Assembly: GCF_006345805.1 (NCBI RefSeq)
Contig: NC_043009.1
Location: 51,832,001 to 51,896,000, forward strand
Source: Octopus sinensis
Taxonomy: Eukaryota
Direction of reading: 5' to 3'
Length of the DNA: 64,000 nucleotides
This document shows, piece by piece, positions 1-13,838 of this stretch (positions within the stretch are counted from its first letter, which is position 1; each line of letters starts with the position of its first letter). The position numbers and the translations under genes are program-made. Under the pieces are notes generated by a model. That model was not told the DNA's origin, did no database searches, and saw only the letters and a list, made by a program, of their open reading frames with translations.

Positions 1-318
1 TATTACGGCAAGACCTAAGTTGTTGTGACTTGGAGACTTCCAGATTCAAATAGCCGAGTAGCCTTGTTAGCTTCAACAGTGATACTGGCAGAGTCTCACG
101 GCATGGAATTCCAAGGCCTACCAAAGCTAATGGACCAATTTCATCCCGGGATTGGTGAAAAATATCAGAATGACTGCAGAAGTATACACATTCACACACT
201 CACATACGCACACATACACAAGCACTCACATGCACGCACACACAGATAATAAACTAAACATACGACAAGAGGACGTCCACAAGGAATGTATTAGTTTGAT
301 GCTCGGTAAAAAGAGAGA

Positions 319-353
319 GTTTGAAGTTTCGAGCATAGCTCTTCGTCGGAAAC
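319..353 (-). ncRNA. Degenerate minimal type I hammerhead-like motif (U4C variant)
   Basis: Minus strand reads gttt CCGACGA A GAGC-tat-GCTC GAAA c TTC aaac. Stem I is gttt/aaac and stem II is GAGC/GCTC. The core deviates (CCGA) and stem III is essentially absent. Confidence 0.35.
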
Positions 354-413
354 GAAGAAAAGAAGAATTCCAAAGTTACATTGATATATATATATTTTAT
401 TTAACTCTTAATT

Positions 414-630
414 TTTTTACTAGTTTCAGTCATTTGAGTTCCGTCATGCTGGAGCACCTCCCTCAAGAATTATATATATATACGTGTGGCTGTTTTCAGT
501 TTGTGTATCAAATCCATTCAGAAGACTTTGTTCTGTCCGAGGCTTTAGTACAAAACACTTGTCGAAGGTGGCATGCAGCGGGATGACGTGGTTGGGAAGC
601 AAGCTTCTTACCACACAGCCACACCTGCGC
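414..630 (-). mobile_element. tRNA-derived CORE-type SINE (family B), internally deleted
   Basis: Reverse complement of the head gcgcaggtgtggctgtgtggtaagaagcttgc and the tail gtgctccagcatg...tgactgaaac, both shared with 28016-28467. Confidence 0.8.
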
Positions 631-647
631 TTATGCTTGGGTACATT

Positions 648-694
<47 letters not shown>

Positions 695-2041
695 CTCCAA
701 CAATAATAAATAAAACATTCTCTAGACCACCTCTCCATCAAAAATTCACCCTACAACTTAATTGCCTCTCCACTCAAACGTATACATAGTGTAGGAATTA
801 TTTATCTCAACAATGACGCTATAGAGCTATGTTGGCCAAAACTTTGAATAATATTTTTAAGAACAATAAATTTGTATAGAGTAACCCTTCAGATAAAATA
901 AAGTTTTTTTCATATACCTGAAAATAAAAACAAATATTAATAACTATAGACACATATGTAGACACACACACATATGTATATAAATATATATATATATGTA
1001 TATACACATAGCTAGATAGATAGATAGACAGACGGACAGAAATAGATAGATAGATAAATAGATAAATATATAGATAGATAGAGAGATAGATGCATATATG
1101 CCCAGCGAGTGAAGACCTTTTTTATTTTATCTAGATATACATGTACTTGTACGTTTTACATACTACAGACACATAAATGCACGAAAATGCCCACATGCAG
1201 AAACATATCCCCACGCACAGGCACACACACATATATATTTATACACGCACACGTACACACATAGATAAATTTAGGTGTTTGCGCGTGTGTATGTATGTGT
1301 GCGTGTGCGTGTGTGTGCCTATAATATTGAAGGTTTATCCAAGAAATTCGATAGCGCAATGGACTGTGCAAAAGGTTTATCTCTGTCGATTCCGAAGTAG
1401 TATATAATAAGTTTGTGTGAAAGCGATTATCGACAAGCGTGGAGAGGATAAATTTCGATTGAAATGAAGTGTTAAATGTTAGTTGCTTAAATTTACTTAT
1501 TCTGGCTCGAATAAATAGCTGTTTGTCGTGACTGGTGAGAGATTGAATTTCATTTGGTGAACAGAAATATAAAGAAAAACAGAAGACACTGTGAAAGTAT
1601 GGACGATGGGTGTAACGGAGGGGAAGAAGCAGTAAGCATGTGTGTTGCCGTGATGTTGTTCTCCCACCTGATGTGATGTATACCGAATTTTCTCAAACTT
1701 TCGATGGTAATAGTCTGTGAAATCGGCCAGTAATTTGGTGGTTTGCAATTCCAAGATAAAATATACGTATATATACACATGCGCTCACACGCAAACACAT
1801 AAGCCATAACGACGTGTGGATTCTCATTCACACATACACATCTAAAACACAAGTACGGATACATACAAAAATAAATAGTCATATATGCAAAGACATACCT
1901 TTATACATCTATGTTTGAGAGTCTGTCTATATGTTTGGCTGGGCGAATATTTGTGCGTGAATGTACGTGCGGACGCTGTTATATTGTAGTGCTTTGTCAT
2001 TGATTATGAGCGTTATGAAGTGTTAGTAAAGATGTAGTGCT

Positions 2042-2242
2042 GTCATCTGCATTGTAAGTTCGATTCTTGCCAAAGTCAGATAATTTGTTTTTCTTTTCCA
2101 AGAATTTCTATTCTTGATATGAGCTTTGCTTGTTGATATGTTGGTCGTCATCTGCATTGTAAGTTCGATTCTTGCCAGAGTCAGATAATTATTTTTCTAT
2201 TCCAAGAATTTCTATTCTTGATATGAGCTTTGCTTGTTGATA
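2042..2242. repeat. Tandem duplication of a ~97-bp segment (period ~105 bp)
   Basis: gtcatctgcattgtaagttcgattcttgcca...gagctttgcttgttgata occurs at 2042 and 2147 with few substitutions. Confidence 0.9.
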
Positions 2243-2784
2243 GGTTGCGTTCTGTATTTCTTAACACTAGAACAGTTCGGTGGTTTCAACACCTTACCTG
2301 ACAGCTCTGTCATACAGATATTTTAACACCAAGCTAACGATATATTCTTTAGGATATTGCAAACCTACTTGACATAGCAAATAAATCTCTTTCAACTAAC
2401 ACTTTACCACCTCAAAATATAAATGCACATAAGGTCATGTAATCCTTCATTGCCTACAGCTCAAAAATAAATAAATGAGATGCACATTTCTAAGACCCAT
2501 TTTACGTGAAATTTGCGCAATTGGGGTTGGACTGATATAAATCAACGACTAAAACTTCACTATCACGTGACAATCTTCAAATCTTTATATAACCGAGCAA
2601 GCCTGCAGAAATATTTGCCGAATCTTTCTAAAAATCACGCATAACATCTTTAAAAGCGAAATACAAAATGGCTGATGCAGTCTTAGATAAAACATATCAG
2701 AAACAAAGAAACGCATCTCGTAAGAGTTTTACTGGCTTGGCTTTAATCAAGAAGAAAACAGTCAATAACGACAATATATTCATA

Positions 2785-3191
2785 TCTTTTCACTTTTATC
2801 TCACTCATTGGATTGCAGCCATGTTCGGCTAACACCTTAACGGATTTACTCCAACATATCTAGCCCAGTATACGTGTTCTGCAATTCTGATACTTATTCT
2901 ATCAGATCCTCATGTCGAACTGCTTGGTTACTGAGAATTAAACAAGCAAACAGCGGTTGTCTAGTGGTTTGGGAGATCTAACACAAACGGACAGACACAC
3001 AGGCACATACATTCACAAATATTTACATATTTATATTTATATACGTTGGGCTTCCAGACGATATCTGTCTAACAATTTAACTCATAGTACATTGGACGGC
3101 CCGGTGCTATGATAGAAAACGCACATCTAAAGTGCCACGTGGTCGGATGGGACTTGAAACCTTTGGGTTTAAAAGCAGCGCATTAACCATA
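2785..3191 (-). mobile_element. Old, diverged family B SINE
   Basis: Degenerate matches to the family B tail (gcagccatg, ttattctatc, gtcgaactgct, gcggttgtc) and head (ggcccggtgctat, aagtgccacg). Confidence 0.6.
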
Positions 3192-3749
3192 TAGAAATTT
3201 AACCATATAGATTTTAATAAGTACGATGGGTCACTGGGGTCGATTTCGGTGGTAAGTGTTGTAGTTCTTCTATCAAAGGAGTAACCTAATCATTGTATTT
3301 CAAAGACATTTCTTGCCGCAGCGTAAATCGGAAGAAATCACCTCCCGACCACGTGTAAAGGAATGAATTTTGAGACAATAGTGCCATTCACGAAAACCGA
3401 AGAGGTAGATTACAATGTGTGTAACTCTTTTGGATTTTCGATCGATAATTGCAATCCTAATGGCCTTCAAGTAGGCCGGTATTTGACTTCAGCCAATTGT
3501 TATTGTCCATATTTGCACCTTTAAAGTGCATTTAGATGTTATAAAACATACTGGCTGCTTTTTTTTTTTTTGCTTCTCTCGTTTGGAGAGTTTATTCCGA
3601 CTGAATGGTAAGCTTTTAGTTCTTTTGTTTAACAGTGTTTTGGATGTTATTCTAAAAATAGTTCCGAACTGACTTTTTGACCCTACTGGTCAAGGGTAAA
3701 ATCTGCTGTCTAGAAACTAGGTCATGTAACCATTCCACACTTATTATTT

Positions 3750-6069
3750 TTTTTTTTTGTTTTTGATAAACTCTTGGGCGCTACCAATCATATATTTTGT
3801 TGCCACTCAAAATATTCTATTAGTACTATTAGTACTGCACTCCCCGTATCTTTAAGCCTTTCTCGGTTAAGTATTATTGATTATAATATTAATCAATATG
3901 TTTTTATAGAGATTATTAATGTGGTTATATATTTATCTCATTGTTCTTGTACTATTTTTAATTATATTTTGGAATATATCTTTTTCCGTTCTATTAGAGG
4001 TATCATATATTATCATGATGGTAACGTATTACGTCACTATAATATTTTTCGATTGGATAATTCAGTTTCCTATTATATTAACATATATCTATATTTCGTT
4101 ATTTATATCCCATAAATCACATATTCTATCCATGTTTGTTGTATGCTGTACCCCTCAGTTTCTTTTACTATTATTTTATTATATTTATTTATTTTTATTG
4201 TACGTATGTTTAACCCTATACACTCAACATAATCCTCTTCCCGCTTGTTATTGATTAATTTAATTTTATATGTAATGATCTGGTAAATTTCTTCGACGCG
4301 TGACTCATATATTTTGCTCCCTCACTGTAAGATTTTTCTCGGCTAATTATTTCCCATGTAAGTTCATAATCCTCATTTTTATCTTTAATCGACCAAATTA
4401 TTTTGCATAGGGTAGTGCTCGTCTCTAGATATTCTCATGATTAGCTATCCTTCTTTTTATATAACTTCCTCTAGTTTCTATATGATAATATACTTATCCT
4501 TCGGATGTAACCTTACACCTATTTATAACTTCTATTACTCTACAATTAGAATTGAGTGGGCATCATCTTCCTTTGAACAATTACATGTTCTATGTTTGTA
4601 ATACTTTCTGTTTCTTTTTCCCTATTTTATATCTTTGTTTTTTATATCTTATGCTTTCAGAGTTATCTCCTTTATATATTAATTCTAGGTTTGGAGTATT
4701 TTCAAATGCCTAAGATAATGTACGTTACTTTGTTTAATACTTCCGTTACTATTTTCATTGCTGTTGTTATTATTTTATTAATATTTTTTTTTGTTTTCAT
4801 CTTTATAATTGTAAGTGTTAGTAACTATAGTTTATGTACTCTATATCAATAATTTTGAGGTTAATAATATCAATTTTGTTTTTACTTATTTCAGATTGTA
4901 CGTTTATAGGTTTAAATCATTGTGGGGAATTTCCTACAGTTATTTCCCTTCCATCATTTTCCTTATAAGCCCTATAATCATTGATTCTATCACTTTTTTT
5001 CATTTAGAAATTCATTTTAATTCTTCCTACTCTCATCTTTGTACAAGTTAATTAATCGTTTAGCATATTGTGCAACAATAATTTGTGTTATATTTCTTTA
5101 TTTACAGAAAGTAACTCTCACTTTGTGTGATTTAACTATTTTAAAGTATTTAATGTTTGCTGAGGAATGCATATAAACCGCTGAATAGAAGAGTTTCGTT
5201 ATATTGGTGCTACTTTATTTCACGAATGGTATTATGAACCATTCAATTGTAACTTTAGAATGATTTTTGTGGAAGACATAGCTAATTATGCATGGCGTGT
5301 ATTATTTTTCCTGGTTTATTTGAATTATTTTTGTTTAGTATATTACCATTTTCTTTAACCTTGCTATTGTTGCTTTCTGTTCTATTTTGGTTTGTATATA
5401 TATATAGTTATTTTTATTGCAGTGTTTTATTTCCAACTTCTTTTTAAACCTATTTGCGTTACACTTTATCCGTTTCATAGTGTTTCCACTTTTATTATTA
5501 TCATTTGATTTATTTTCTATCTATATCATAAAGTTTTCTTCTTTATTACACTTGTCCATTTTATATACTATTTCATTCTTTACCTCCATACATTTGTATT
5601 TTTTCAAGGTTAATATCATTAGGAATCTTATTTGCTGTGTTATTTTCTTTTATGAGTTTATGCTCGGTTTATAGAATTTTAATTTTCGTTCGTATCTGGC
5701 TTTGCTTATTGCTATGTTATAATAATCTACATTCTGTTTAAATATCTCCTCGTTCACGGAGCAATTTGAAACTCTTCTCGATATATTTTCTACATTTTCC
5801 GTAAGGTTTGTGGTAGTGTTTATATTTACCTGCTTGAAGATTTAGGTTTATATCACAGAAATTAACATAGTTGTGTTCTTTTTCAATTATCATAAGCAGC
5901 CCTATATGTTTGAAAATTTATAGAATATCTTTTGTATTTTTTGTTTGCCTATTAGAAGGGCTCTACAGGGTAAATAGTACATCATCTTTGTACAGACCAC
6001 ATTCGAGTTCTGGAAATTCCATACCTCAGGTAAACATTATATATATTCCCACCAAATTTTTAACCTGTG
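3750..6069 (-). mobile_element. Decayed Penelope-like element (RT + GIY-YIG endonuclease remnant)
   Basis: Minus-strand motifs appear in PLE order: AQVKNLVG (~6050-6070, cf. AEVCELVG), GLYKDDV (~5980-5998, cf. GLYRDDG), IEWFIIP (~5230-5250, cf. IIWFNPP), CNC..CPL-like (~4555-4587) and VINRCKVT (~4507-4530). There are many stops and frameshifts; the left boundary is approximate. Confidence 0.75.
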
Positions 6070-6852
6070 CTATTTTTTCGTTATTTTTCTTTTGTCCTGC
6101 TCGCTTACGTTCTTGGTGTGTTGAATTAATTCTTGAGAACAATTCTTTGGTGGCGGATTCCCTTTGCGGTTCTATATCTAGCGTTAGAGCGTCCACATGG
6201 TGGACTCTCTCTTATTGTTTTGTATTAAAAATTTTTATTGTATCCCAGTCTTTTATACGCTAGGCCACTTGGTGTTTGTATTGATGTTACTAATTATCAT
6301 TCAATTTGTTCACCCTTATTTTGACTTTAATTATAAATCAATAAGTTCTCAAACCGGCAGTAAATTACTTAGGCAGTATTTACATCCGAGGATTTAGCGC
6401 GCCAGAATGAGGGCATTTGAATGTAACTGTGAATATAATCGGCTGTACCGTTTGTCTCGGTTCAACCTCGTGTGGATTTTGCCGTTCGGTCCGACAAATT
6501 ATATTCTGATGTACTCTACTGACGATTCGAAAATACTTATGTAAGTAAAATTATATAATCTATTAACGATGAAACAATTGTATAGAGTTAATCTATTTTT
6601 TCGTTATTTTTCACTTGTCCTGCTCGCTTACGTTCTTGGCGTGTTGAATTAATTCTTGAGAACAATTCTTTGGTGGCGGATTCCCTTTGCGGATCTATAT
6701 CTAGCGTTAGAGCGTCCACATAGTGGACTCTCTCTTATTGTTTTGTATTTATAATTTTTACTGTATCCCAGTCTTTTATACGCTAGGCCACTTGGTGTTT
6801 GAATTGATGTTACTAATTAATATTCAATTTTTTCACCCTTATTTTGTCTTTA
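6070..6852 (+). mobile_element. Non-coding partial-tandem element (523-bp period, ~260-bp direct repeats) with a hammerhead; Penelope pLTR-like or retrozyme-like
   Basis: 6070-6329 is repeated at 6593-6852. The unique middle carries the hammerhead at 6513-6588. The element ends ...ttttcacccttatttt next to TA-rich sequence. Confidence 0.8.
6513..6588 (+). ncRNA. Type I hammerhead ribozyme
   Basis: actcta CTGACGA T TCG-(37 nt)-CGA T GAAA C aatt G TA / tagagt. It has a 6-bp stem I, an intact core, a palindromic stem III (CAATTG) and a GUA cleavage site after 6582. Confidence 0.8.
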
Positions 6853-6891
6853 TATGTATATAACATTGCATTACATATATATACAGATATA

Positions 6892-8101
6892 GGAGGTTCG
6901 GCCGTAAAGTTTATTGGCTGACCGAGATGTTCTCATGAAATGTAACCAAATGAAGTTCAGATTCAACATAATCTCATTACAGTCCACACACTAAATCCAT
7001 CGGTGATGCAGTGCTTGCATCTCATTGGGGAAAAATCTTTCACACTGTTGGTCGAAGTCATAAACAGGATAACAGGTCAAAATCATGGTGATGCTGGTTC
7101 GCAACCAAGAGCTTTACCATGTTGGAGAACAAATGATTATGAGGGGGGGGCAAATCCGTAGACATATAATCCACAGTCACTCACGACAGCTAATGAAATC
7201 AAGGAATTGTATGCTGGAGCTTTCCTCTCATGGAACGAGACAATTTTCTTCTGAGTTCTTCGGCGTTTGGGACTTGACAGTGTTTCGTAACTGCCTCAGT
7301 AAGTTGGCATAGTACTTTCCGTTGATGGTGTTGCATTCTTTAGTCAATAAACACAATGCCCTTTGTATTCCAAAAAATTCCGAGGGCATCATCTTCCTGG
7401 CAAATTAAACAACTTTGTCCTTCTTTGGTGCAAGTAAGGAAAATTGTTTCTTTGTTTCTTGGTCAAAGTTATGATTCAAACACTCATCGTGAATTAAGAA
7501 ATATTCCAGGAAATGAGTTGGATCTGCTCCAATCAATGACAGACTTACTCTTGGTGTGATCAGACGTAACTCCCAATGAGCAGGAACCTTTGTCATGCTA
7601 AATTCATTGTGCAGAATATTTTTAACTCTCCCACGGCCTATGCTAATTGCCTTCGTTATTAGATATATGTAGTCAATCTCCTGTCATCTATCAGCAAGGT
7701 GTAAACACCGTCAATATTTTCCTCATTCGTGACAGTAGCAGGGCGTTCAAATCTGATGTCATCTTCTAGACTATCATTTCTCCTCCTAAACAGAGCCCAC
7801 TTTTCCACAGTTCACAAAGCTGGAGTACCATCTCCTAACGTAGTTACGATATGATCATGAATGCTCTTGAAGGCTAAACCTTTTTGTGCTACTATTTCCC
7901 AACATTACGACAGCGAGTTTTGTCCATTTTCAAGATAAGTCGCTACTAGTTACATTTGAATTCTTTTTTGAACAGTCAGATATCAGTTTACCTGGAAAGA
8001 AGCAATGCAGTTATTACCGAGAAGAATTGAAAATAAAGCAAACATTTCAGAACTAGAATCACTCCTTCATAGACAGCCAATGACCTTTACAGCCCATTCC
8101 G
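6892..8101 (-). mobile_element. Mariner-family DNA transposon, near full length, decayed transposase
   Basis: Imperfect TIRs (ggccgtaaagtttattggctg / cagccaatgacctttacagcc) flanked by TA. The minus-strand remnant starts MDKTR at 7927, includes SLEDDIRFERPATVT, and ends LHHRWI*CVDC...YVE, a typical mariner C-terminus. Confidence 0.85.
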
Positions 8102-8125
8102 TATATGTTTTTGTTTGCTTGTGTG

Positions 8126-8187
<62 letters not shown>

Positions 8188-8589
8188 AATATGTATATAT
8201 ATACATATTTCAACGCATTTATGCAATTAGTGAATCATGTCAGCGACACGGAAATCTCGAGTGTAACATCCGGTGTGAATTTCTCTTCTGTACATCCATT
8301 GCCATTAAGATGCTTTTTCGAAGCAAATCAAATCCTAGATTCTGTTACTGTTGGTTGTTTCTCTCTCAACATGAAGTTGTCACTCACGATGATGGATGTT
8401 CTCTTTTACTTGAGTATTTAATCGTATTAAACTATATGATATTACTGACTGTCTATTTGGAAGTTGCAGTTCACAGCGAAACAGTGGAGACTTAAGTAAT
8501 GGCGAAAGAAATATATTTGTGCCCGGTTTCGTTGTTAATGTTTGTATAACTTTTGTTTCTCTTCTCTTGCTTTTGCTACTGTTTCCTTC

Positions 8590-8960
<371 letters not shown>

Positions 8961-10902
8961 CCCCTGCAAGCATATACATAGAACCCTGCATAAACTCTCA
9001 TACGAAATCAAAATGGAGTAACAAAGAAGTCAATGTAACTTTGAATAATGGCTTTTTTTTATTAAGTGCTAGATATTCTGTCTTGAAAGTAGTAAGGTAA
9101 TCATAATGTGTTTTTCGGGTAGCTTTAGGTAAGCACCATTATTTCACCTTTTTTACATATTAAAGAATATTTTGACATAAATCTGTTTCGTTAAAACAAT
9201 TTCTTTTTTCATCTACAAATATCATAAATTAACCGAATATAATTTTAGAAACTTAATCATTTGCAGTTAAATATTCTAATCCAAAAAAACTATTAATTTC
9301 GAGAGACATTTATTATTATAAATTTCACTGCCTGTGAAACATTGCACTAACGGGACGAATTGATGTATATAGAAACTTTTTATATCAATTTTTATATTAA
9401 TAATTACGAAAACTGTCGCAATACTATGGACGCAATTTTCCATTATTCCTCAAATAACACATATTTCTCTAGCAAAAATTCATCTACTACATTAAAATGT
9501 GTTGTAGTGTACATGTACAAATGGTGAGAGTTAACTAAAAACTAAACCAAATGAGTTGCTGATATCGAGATTATCGAGAGATTTTCGTAAAATTTTAGTG
9601 AATGAAGCGAGAAAATAGTTCTCCAGTGTATCTCCCTTTTGAGAAAATGTGAACCTTAATGACGAAGAAAAGGATGATTTAAAGTTATGAAGGAGCTCAT
9701 TGTTATTGCATGCCTCCATTACGATTGAGGTGTTGAAAGTGTGCCATGAGAAGTTAGCTGGTAAATACCGAAGGCTGCTCTTCCTGGAATGAAACACGTG
9801 TAGAGTATTTCACATAGCAAATAGGGAATATGTAACTTGCGAGGGAGAAAGGAAGAAAGGGGGAAAAATAGAGAAACAACGATGTAGAGAAGAAATATAT
9901 TGAAGAAAGGATGCAGGCAAAAGATCGCACTTGGTCGCAAGATTTATTGGAAATATGGAAGGACTATTTAATTTCTGTTAGTTTGAAACGACTGTCGGGT
10001 ATTTCGACTGAAGCTGCATGTAAGTTTATTGGTAACCATGTAAATTACTATAGATAGATGGTTAGGGTATTCTGACCATACTAGACTATTAATGCATAAT
10101 TAGATTATTCGATACCCTAGAGGGTTGGAGATGGATAGTTGTGGGAGAAGTTTACCTATTGGCGTCTGTGACGTATTGGAGGTGATTCATCATCATCATC
10201 ATCATCCTGATAAAGACGAGGAGGAGGAGGAAGGGATTAGTATTAGGAGTACGATGACGAGAGGAAAAGGAGAAGATGACGACGACACTGGCTATGTTAG
10301 TCATGATGCTAATGTTATTCTTGTTGTAGGTAGATAGACAACTGGAGCCAAACCGCCCTTATTTCATCATTATGGGAATAAAAATAACAATAATATCTAG
10401 TGCAAGGTTTGATAGAGATGCTACTAATATCGCTTTCTTGTGAGCGTTGGCATAGGTAAACCAACCGTTGCAAATTGGCTTATCTTTAATAGATTCCCAT
10501 TTTAATATTGCTAGAATTAAAAATAAATAACAGGTGAGCAAGAATATATTCCTTCAAGACTAGATGTAAAAAATAATCCCACTAAATATAAACGATGAGT
10601 AAATTTTTTTAACGTTGAATGAGAGAAATGATTACTTTCTTTCAGTAACTCTCCATTTCAAAAAACAAAAAAAATTAAATGCCCAAAATTGATAACTTTT
10701 CATTGACTTCACAATTGTTGCATTATTTAATTACCTGCTGTTTGGGGCTCATACAGTCACACACACACGTACACATATGCACACACTCACACGCGCGCGT
10801 GCTCACACGTACAAATATATACATGTATATAAATGTATATACATATATATGCATAAATAGACATATATATATATACATATATAGACGTATATATTATACA
10901 CG

Positions 10903-10959
<57 letters not shown>

Positions 10960-10981
10960 CATACATACATACATACATACA

Positions 10982-11053
<72 letters not shown>

Positions 11054-11149
11054 GATTATCTAAAAGCTTGTTTGTATTAGATTATTTTGTGACATTATTC
11101 TCATCTAATGACCCCGTGGAAAGTAAATCTACTACTAATAATAATACGG

Positions 11150-11337
11150 CTAGCCTACTACTACCACTACTACTGCTACTTCTGCTATATATTGTATTAT
11201 TATCAATGTTAATATCATTACAACTATGATGATTATTATTACTACAATGACTGCTATTATTGCTGTTATTATTATTATTATTATTATCATCATCATTATT
11301 TTTATTATTATTTTTATTATTATTATTATTATCATCA

Positions 11338-11399
<62 letters not shown>

Positions 11400-11470
11400 T
11401 ATTATTATTATTATTATTTCTACTACTGTTAATACCGTAACGGTTATTATTATTTTATTTTATTTTTAAT
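11150..11470. repeat. (ACT)n/(ATT)n trinucleotide microsatellite
   Basis: Visible directly. Confidence 0.95.
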
Positions 11471-12732
11471 GTATTATTTAAATATTTTTTCTTCACTACT
11501 TTGCTTTAATTGCCCTGAAGTAACCTTTATAATTGTAGTGTTTGTTTTTTGTCTCTGTTTTTTTATCTTTTCTAGTTGACATTTCTGCAAAAGTTTCAGA
11601 GTTAAAATATTTGTTAGCCTTCGCCTTTGATTAATCAACCACACACACACACACACACACACTCACTCGTACGCACGCGCGTATATTATTTCATGTTGTT
11701 TCCATTCGTTTATTAGAAATACAAAAGACGTATTTATTTTAATGTTTTCTCTTCAAATTTTCGCCTTGTTTTTCACTGGGAAATTGTTTTCTACGTTAGT
11801 AATGTGTTTGTTTGGTATTTTTCCTTCGAATTCTTCGATGGAAATTGGCTACTGCGTTAGTAATTGTTTTCTGTTAGTTTGTGTGAATGTGTGTATGTGT
11901 GTAGTTTTGTGAGTGTTAGTATGTGTGTGCTTTAAATTTTTTTCTTTTATTTCTATTTTAGGATGGATGCGTTTAGAATGAAATTCGTCTTGTACCTGTA
12001 AGGGAATTTCAAGCCTTAGAAAAATGCATTTAGGAGAGTATAATTAAAATAATGTGAAGATATAGAAAACATTGTAGCCTGAAGATTTCCTGTATGCATA
12101 TCAATACATAAGAGAATCGAAAGGAAAATTTACACATGTTTCAAAATGCAGTTTCGAAAAAGTCCAGCTGAAGCTAAGGAAGTCCAAGATTACACAACAC
12201 ATCGTGTAAGTGTCATTATTTAGACCAAACGTTTTGATAAGTACGTTAGTAAGAAACTCATCGTTTTTGAGTGACTGGAATACCTCAGATAATAAAATAT
12301 ATATATATATATATATATATACTTTTCTCGTAGGATACTGGAATATTGCATATATACCATTATACCTCAAAAATAGAGTTACAACTTCAATACCGATAAA
12401 TATCTTGCATCTATTTTCTTTCCTCCACCTCACTCTCCATTTTGTATCACATCTAAACTGACTATGACTTAATTTTCCTCTCACGCCATCTCCGATGAAG
12501 GGATATTATTAATAAATATCCTGCAAACACCTGTAAGACATTCTATCTATAAATACTCTAATATCTACACACCATTGGTCTTTTATCTTATTACGCAAAA
12601 AATTCTTACATATATATATATATACATTGCTCTCTCTATTGTGTTTCTATTTATTCTGTCTATAACCAAAATTATTATACGCACGGACGCGCAGCACACA
12701 CACACAAATATATTACCTACTGTAAAAATATA

Positions 12733-13090
12733 GGTGTAGAAGTGGCTGTGTGGTAAAAAACTTGCTTCGCACCCACATGGTTCCAGCACGGATCACCATG
12801 GCTAAGTGCCCTCTGCTATAGCCTCGGGCCGACCAAAGCCTCGTGAGTGAATTTATTAGACATAAACTGAAAGAAGCCCGTCGTATATATGCGAGTATAT
12901 ATGTATGCATTTGTGTGTCTGTGCTTATCTTCCCATTATTGTTTGCCAACTGATGTTGGTGTTGGTGTGTTTACGTCCCTGTAACTTATTGGTTCGGCAA
13001 AGAGACCGTTAGAATAAATACTAGGCTTACAAAAGAACAAGTCTTGAGGTCGATTTGTTCAAATGACTGAAACAAGTAAAAGAATGAAAG
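12733..13090 (+). mobile_element. Family B SINE
   Basis: Head gtggctgtgtggtaa, body ctatagcctcgggccgaccaaagcc, tail aatgactgaaacaagtaaaaga. Confidence 0.85.
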
Positions 13091-13278
13091 GATATATATA
13101 TATATATCCTTTAAGTTCCTTTACGGGAAATTTTTGGCATATGCACATAAAAAGGTGCTATTCAGTTATGCCAGCTACAGCCTAATGATGCCAACGGCCG
13201 ATATCTGTTTCTTTGGGATCGCACCGAGCTGGCGATATAACGTAGGATAAATCAGCGAAGGATTATTATTGTTATTAC

Positions 13279-13365
<87 letters not shown>

Positions 13366-13424
13366 TGTATATATATATAAATGTATGTATATATGTATAT
13401 TTATAAGTGTATGTAGACATGCAG

Positions 13425-13838
13425 GAAGTAACTAGACACCTTTAATTTTCAAAATCTTGTATTTGATATTAATTGGTTGAAGGAGAGATTTTCTTCTAGC
13501 TGCTCGTCCATAATATCCAAGCTTATGCAGATATGTGACACGTTCTTGGACTAACTTCTAGCTGTTTTGCAATGTCAGAATCCTTCGAATGGGCTTCGGT
13601 TTCTACAATTCTCTTCAAACATCGAAGCTTCCTTTCCGAGGGCCCAGGTCGGCCTGGACGAGAATCTGTTGATTCTTTTCCTTGGCTTTTGAATTGCGTT
13701 ATAATTCTATTATCAGTAGCTAGAGGAATTTGAAGATTATCGGCAAGTTTTCGCTGGCTAAGACAAGCCTCAGATTGCCCAACGATATGACCTCTTTGAA
13801 AATCTGACAGTTCTGCTGAATTTTTTTGTGCGTGGCAT
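13425..13838 (-). pseudogene. Tc1-like transposase N-terminal (HTH) fragment
   Basis: With one frameshift it reads MPRTK..AELSDFQRGHIVGQSEACLSQRKLADNLQIPLATDNRIITQFKSQGKESTDSRPGRP, a Tc1 paired-like HTH with the GRP motif. Confidence 0.75.

Noticed and set aside
3774-6397. Plus-strand hydrophobic ORFs resembling membrane proteins
   Set aside because: They are the T-rich antisense of the decayed Penelope-like ORF.
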